IMG/VR virus record: IMGVR_UViG_3300037424_000570
Coordinates: 1 to 46,359 of that record
DNA from: a virus
Lineage: Duplodnaviria > Caudoviricetes
Reading direction: 5' to 3' (one strand)
DNA length: 46,359 bases
The translations under genes were made by a program, and so were the position numbers. Numbering within the stretch: the first letter of the stretch is position 1; each line of letters opens with the position of its first letter. Shown one piece after another: positions 44,711 to 46,359 of the stretch. The notes under the pieces were generated by a model, which saw only the letters and a list, made by a program, of their open reading frames with translations, had not been told where the DNA came from and ran no database searches.

Positions 44711-45358
44711 TTATGAAGCTGCCAGCGTGGTGGTGGTCAGGCACGGGATGTAGTAAGTCCCGGAGCCAAGCTGAACCGAGATCGCGCTGATTGGCACGGT
44801 GGTGCCAAGCGCGGAGGTCAGGAACAGCCCTGCCGTTACAAACCCATTGGTGGTGACGGCCCCAACGCCAGCCGCAGTTGCGCCGGTTGAGATCAGGAAG
44901 GACGGAGCCTTCGAACCCTGCGTCAGGAGGACGGTGTTGCACGTGCCAACTTCGCCGCCGGTGCTGGTGCTAACGTAGGTGATGATAGAGTTCAGCACCG
45001 ACTTGGTACTGGCGGACACGTACAGGACACTGTTCGTAGCAGTCCCCACCGCGATTGCGCCCGTGCTGGTCACGGATACGCTGAACGCGTTTGCCGCAGT
45101 CGATGAGAGCACCGCGGTGAACGGACTGACGCCAGACAGGGTAATCCCAGCCGCGCTGGTGATCGCGCCCGAGGCAGACACAACAAACACCTCGGTGCCA
45201 GCACCGGACTGCGCAACCAGGAAATCGCCGGTCATCGTACCGGTCGAGCCGGTCAGGGTCAGGATGTCAACCGCTTCATCGCCAGCGGTTTGCTTGATTT
45301 CACTTTCGCCGTACAAAGGGACGGCGAGGGCCTCGTAGGTATCAGTTCCTTCAGCCAT
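44711..45358 (-). CDS. Ser/Thr-rich capsid decoration/fibre-like protein
   Basis: Immediately after the capsid gene with AAGGAGGT RBS; very high T/S/G/A content; C-terminal GTYYIP. Confidence 0.65.
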   Translation of the reverse strand: MAEGTDTYEALAVPLYGESEIKQTAGDEAVDILTLTGSTGTMTGDFLVAQSGAGTEVFVVSASGAITSAAGITLSGVSPFTAVLSSTAANAFSVSVTSTGAIAVGTATNSVLYVSASTKSVLNSIITYVSTSTGGEVGTCNTVLLTQGSKAPSFLISTGATAAGVGAVTTNGFVTAGLFLTSALGTTVPISAISVQLGSGTYYIPCLTTTTLAAS

Positions 45359-45369
45359 TTCATACCTCC

Positions 45370-46359
45370 TTAAGTGCTGTGCTCATAACTAACCGAGCAC
45401 TCGTAGCGATAGAGGTTCTTCTGCGCGATCAGGCCGAAGTTACCCCACCATTTCCACGCCAGGCTGTCCCACTGATGGGCGAGGCCTTGCTTCAACGGGC
45501 CGACGATTGCCGCGCCCGGAACACCAGGAACAGGCCGCGCGTCGGGGTCGCCGTTCTGCGGGTCGGTGGCGTAGATCTGCACCAGCGATTCCGGTCCGGC
45601 AAACAGCATTGTGTACACGCTGTCGTTGTTGTTGACCGCTTCGCTCGCGGCGTGGGCGTACTTCAACCCGCCGTTGACTGCGAAGCCGTTCAGGGTGATG
45701 GTGGTCGTGGAAGCAGACAGCGCCCGGAACTGCTCGTTCATCGGGTAGTAGGTCGTTGAGGTCTCTTCGGTGCCGATGTTGTACAGCCGGCCTTTGGCGA
45801 TGTTGGTGGACTTGTCGTCAGTGGTGACGAGCGTCACAGCGAGCGGGGTGGAAGCGGTTGCGACTGTGGTAGCCTGCTCGGTGTCGTGGGTTGCGCCTGC
45901 GCCGAAGAACACTTTGGCGTAGGGACTTTCAACGATCTTGAAGCGCCCGAGCTTGCCAAGCTGCCAGTTCAGGATGATGTTGTCGTTCTGGTACTCGCCT
46001 ACGTAAACGACCTTGCCGCCCTCCTGGATGTCGTGAGACACCCATGGGTGCATGTAGCAAGCCCACTCGGGGCCGGTGGCTTCCTCGAAGCCGCGTGTCC
46101 GCAGCGATGCGAACAGGCCAGCCGCCCGGCGGAACACTGCATCCGAAGCATTGTGCCCGGAGGTGCCGGCGTCCAGGCTGCCGCGTGCGGCTGCCCGGTC
46201 GTAAAAGGTTCCAGCAAGGGCAACCGCGATTGCCCGCGCTTCGATGGTCTCCTGGCAGTTCTCGCCAATGATCTTGTAGAAGTTGGCGGTGAACTGGTCG
46301 AAGGATTCGATTTTGAGTTGCTGGGAAGATTGAAGCGCCTCGCCGCGCGAGGTCTTGTC
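45370..46359 (-). CDS. Major capsid protein, C-terminal part (N4-gp56-like)
   Basis: YMHP.V..DI, QLGKLGRFKIVES and AWK motifs; open through the window end. Confidence 0.85.
   Translation of the reverse strand, partial: DKTSRGEALQSSQQLKIESFDQFTANFYKIIGENCQETIEARAIAVALAGTFYDRAAARGSLDAGTSGHNASDAVFRRAAGLFASLRTRGFEEATGPEWACYMHPWVSHDIQEGGKVVYVGEYQNDNIILNWQLGKLGRFKIVESPYAKVFFGAGATHDTEQATTVATASTPLAVTLVTTDDKSTNIAKGRLYNIGTEETSTTYYPMNEQFRALSASTTTITLNGFAVNGGLKYAHAASEAVNNNDSVYTMLFAGPESLVQIYATDPQNGDPDARPVPGVPGAAIVGPLKQGLAHQWDSLAWKWWGNFGLIAQKNLYRYECSVSYEHST
46233..46359. repeat. Terminal direct repeat, copy 2
   Basis: Identical to 1-127. Confidence 0.97.

Noticed and set aside
46233-46359. 127-bp terminal repeat as a biological DTR
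   Set aside because: It falls mid-capsid gene and its length equals a common assembler k-mer; it only shows circular or permuted assembly
1-46359. tRNA genes, integrase/attP, stop-codon reassignment
   Set aside because: No cloverleaf or recombinase motifs found by eye; genes pack tightly under the standard code

Overview
This window is a complete, circularly assembled ~46.2-kb tailed-phage genome. Bases 1-127 equal 46233-46359, and the major capsid gene runs across that junction. The gene set is podovirus-like: TerS/TerL, portal, scaffold, N4-gp56-like capsid, tail tubular A/B-like proteins, LamG/C1q-like appendages and a 2551-aa polyvalent internal virion protein. No tape measure, DNA polymerase, helicase, integrase or tRNA is recognisable. 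Protein signatures suggest a Chloroflexota host (inference). The most unusual content is non-coding: (i) a promoter-to-terminator RNA of ~170-210 nt containing a complete type I hammerhead ribozyme (15001-15172, minus); (ii) a ~375-nt highly structured element directly upstream of a DnaD-type replication protein that lacks its usual N-terminal DNA-binding domain; (iii) a candidate sRNA with a 13-nt perfect complement to the repressor ribosome-binding site; (iv) two C4/CI-like two-state leader RNAs; (v) a palindromic operator shared by two late promoters. On the protein side, the giant virion protein carries GGDEF, HExxH peptidase and ADP-ribosyltransferase-like domains. A duplicated sialyltransferase-like plus methyltransferase cluster lies just downstream of the capsid genes. 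All family calls come from motif recognition by eye; no searches were run.
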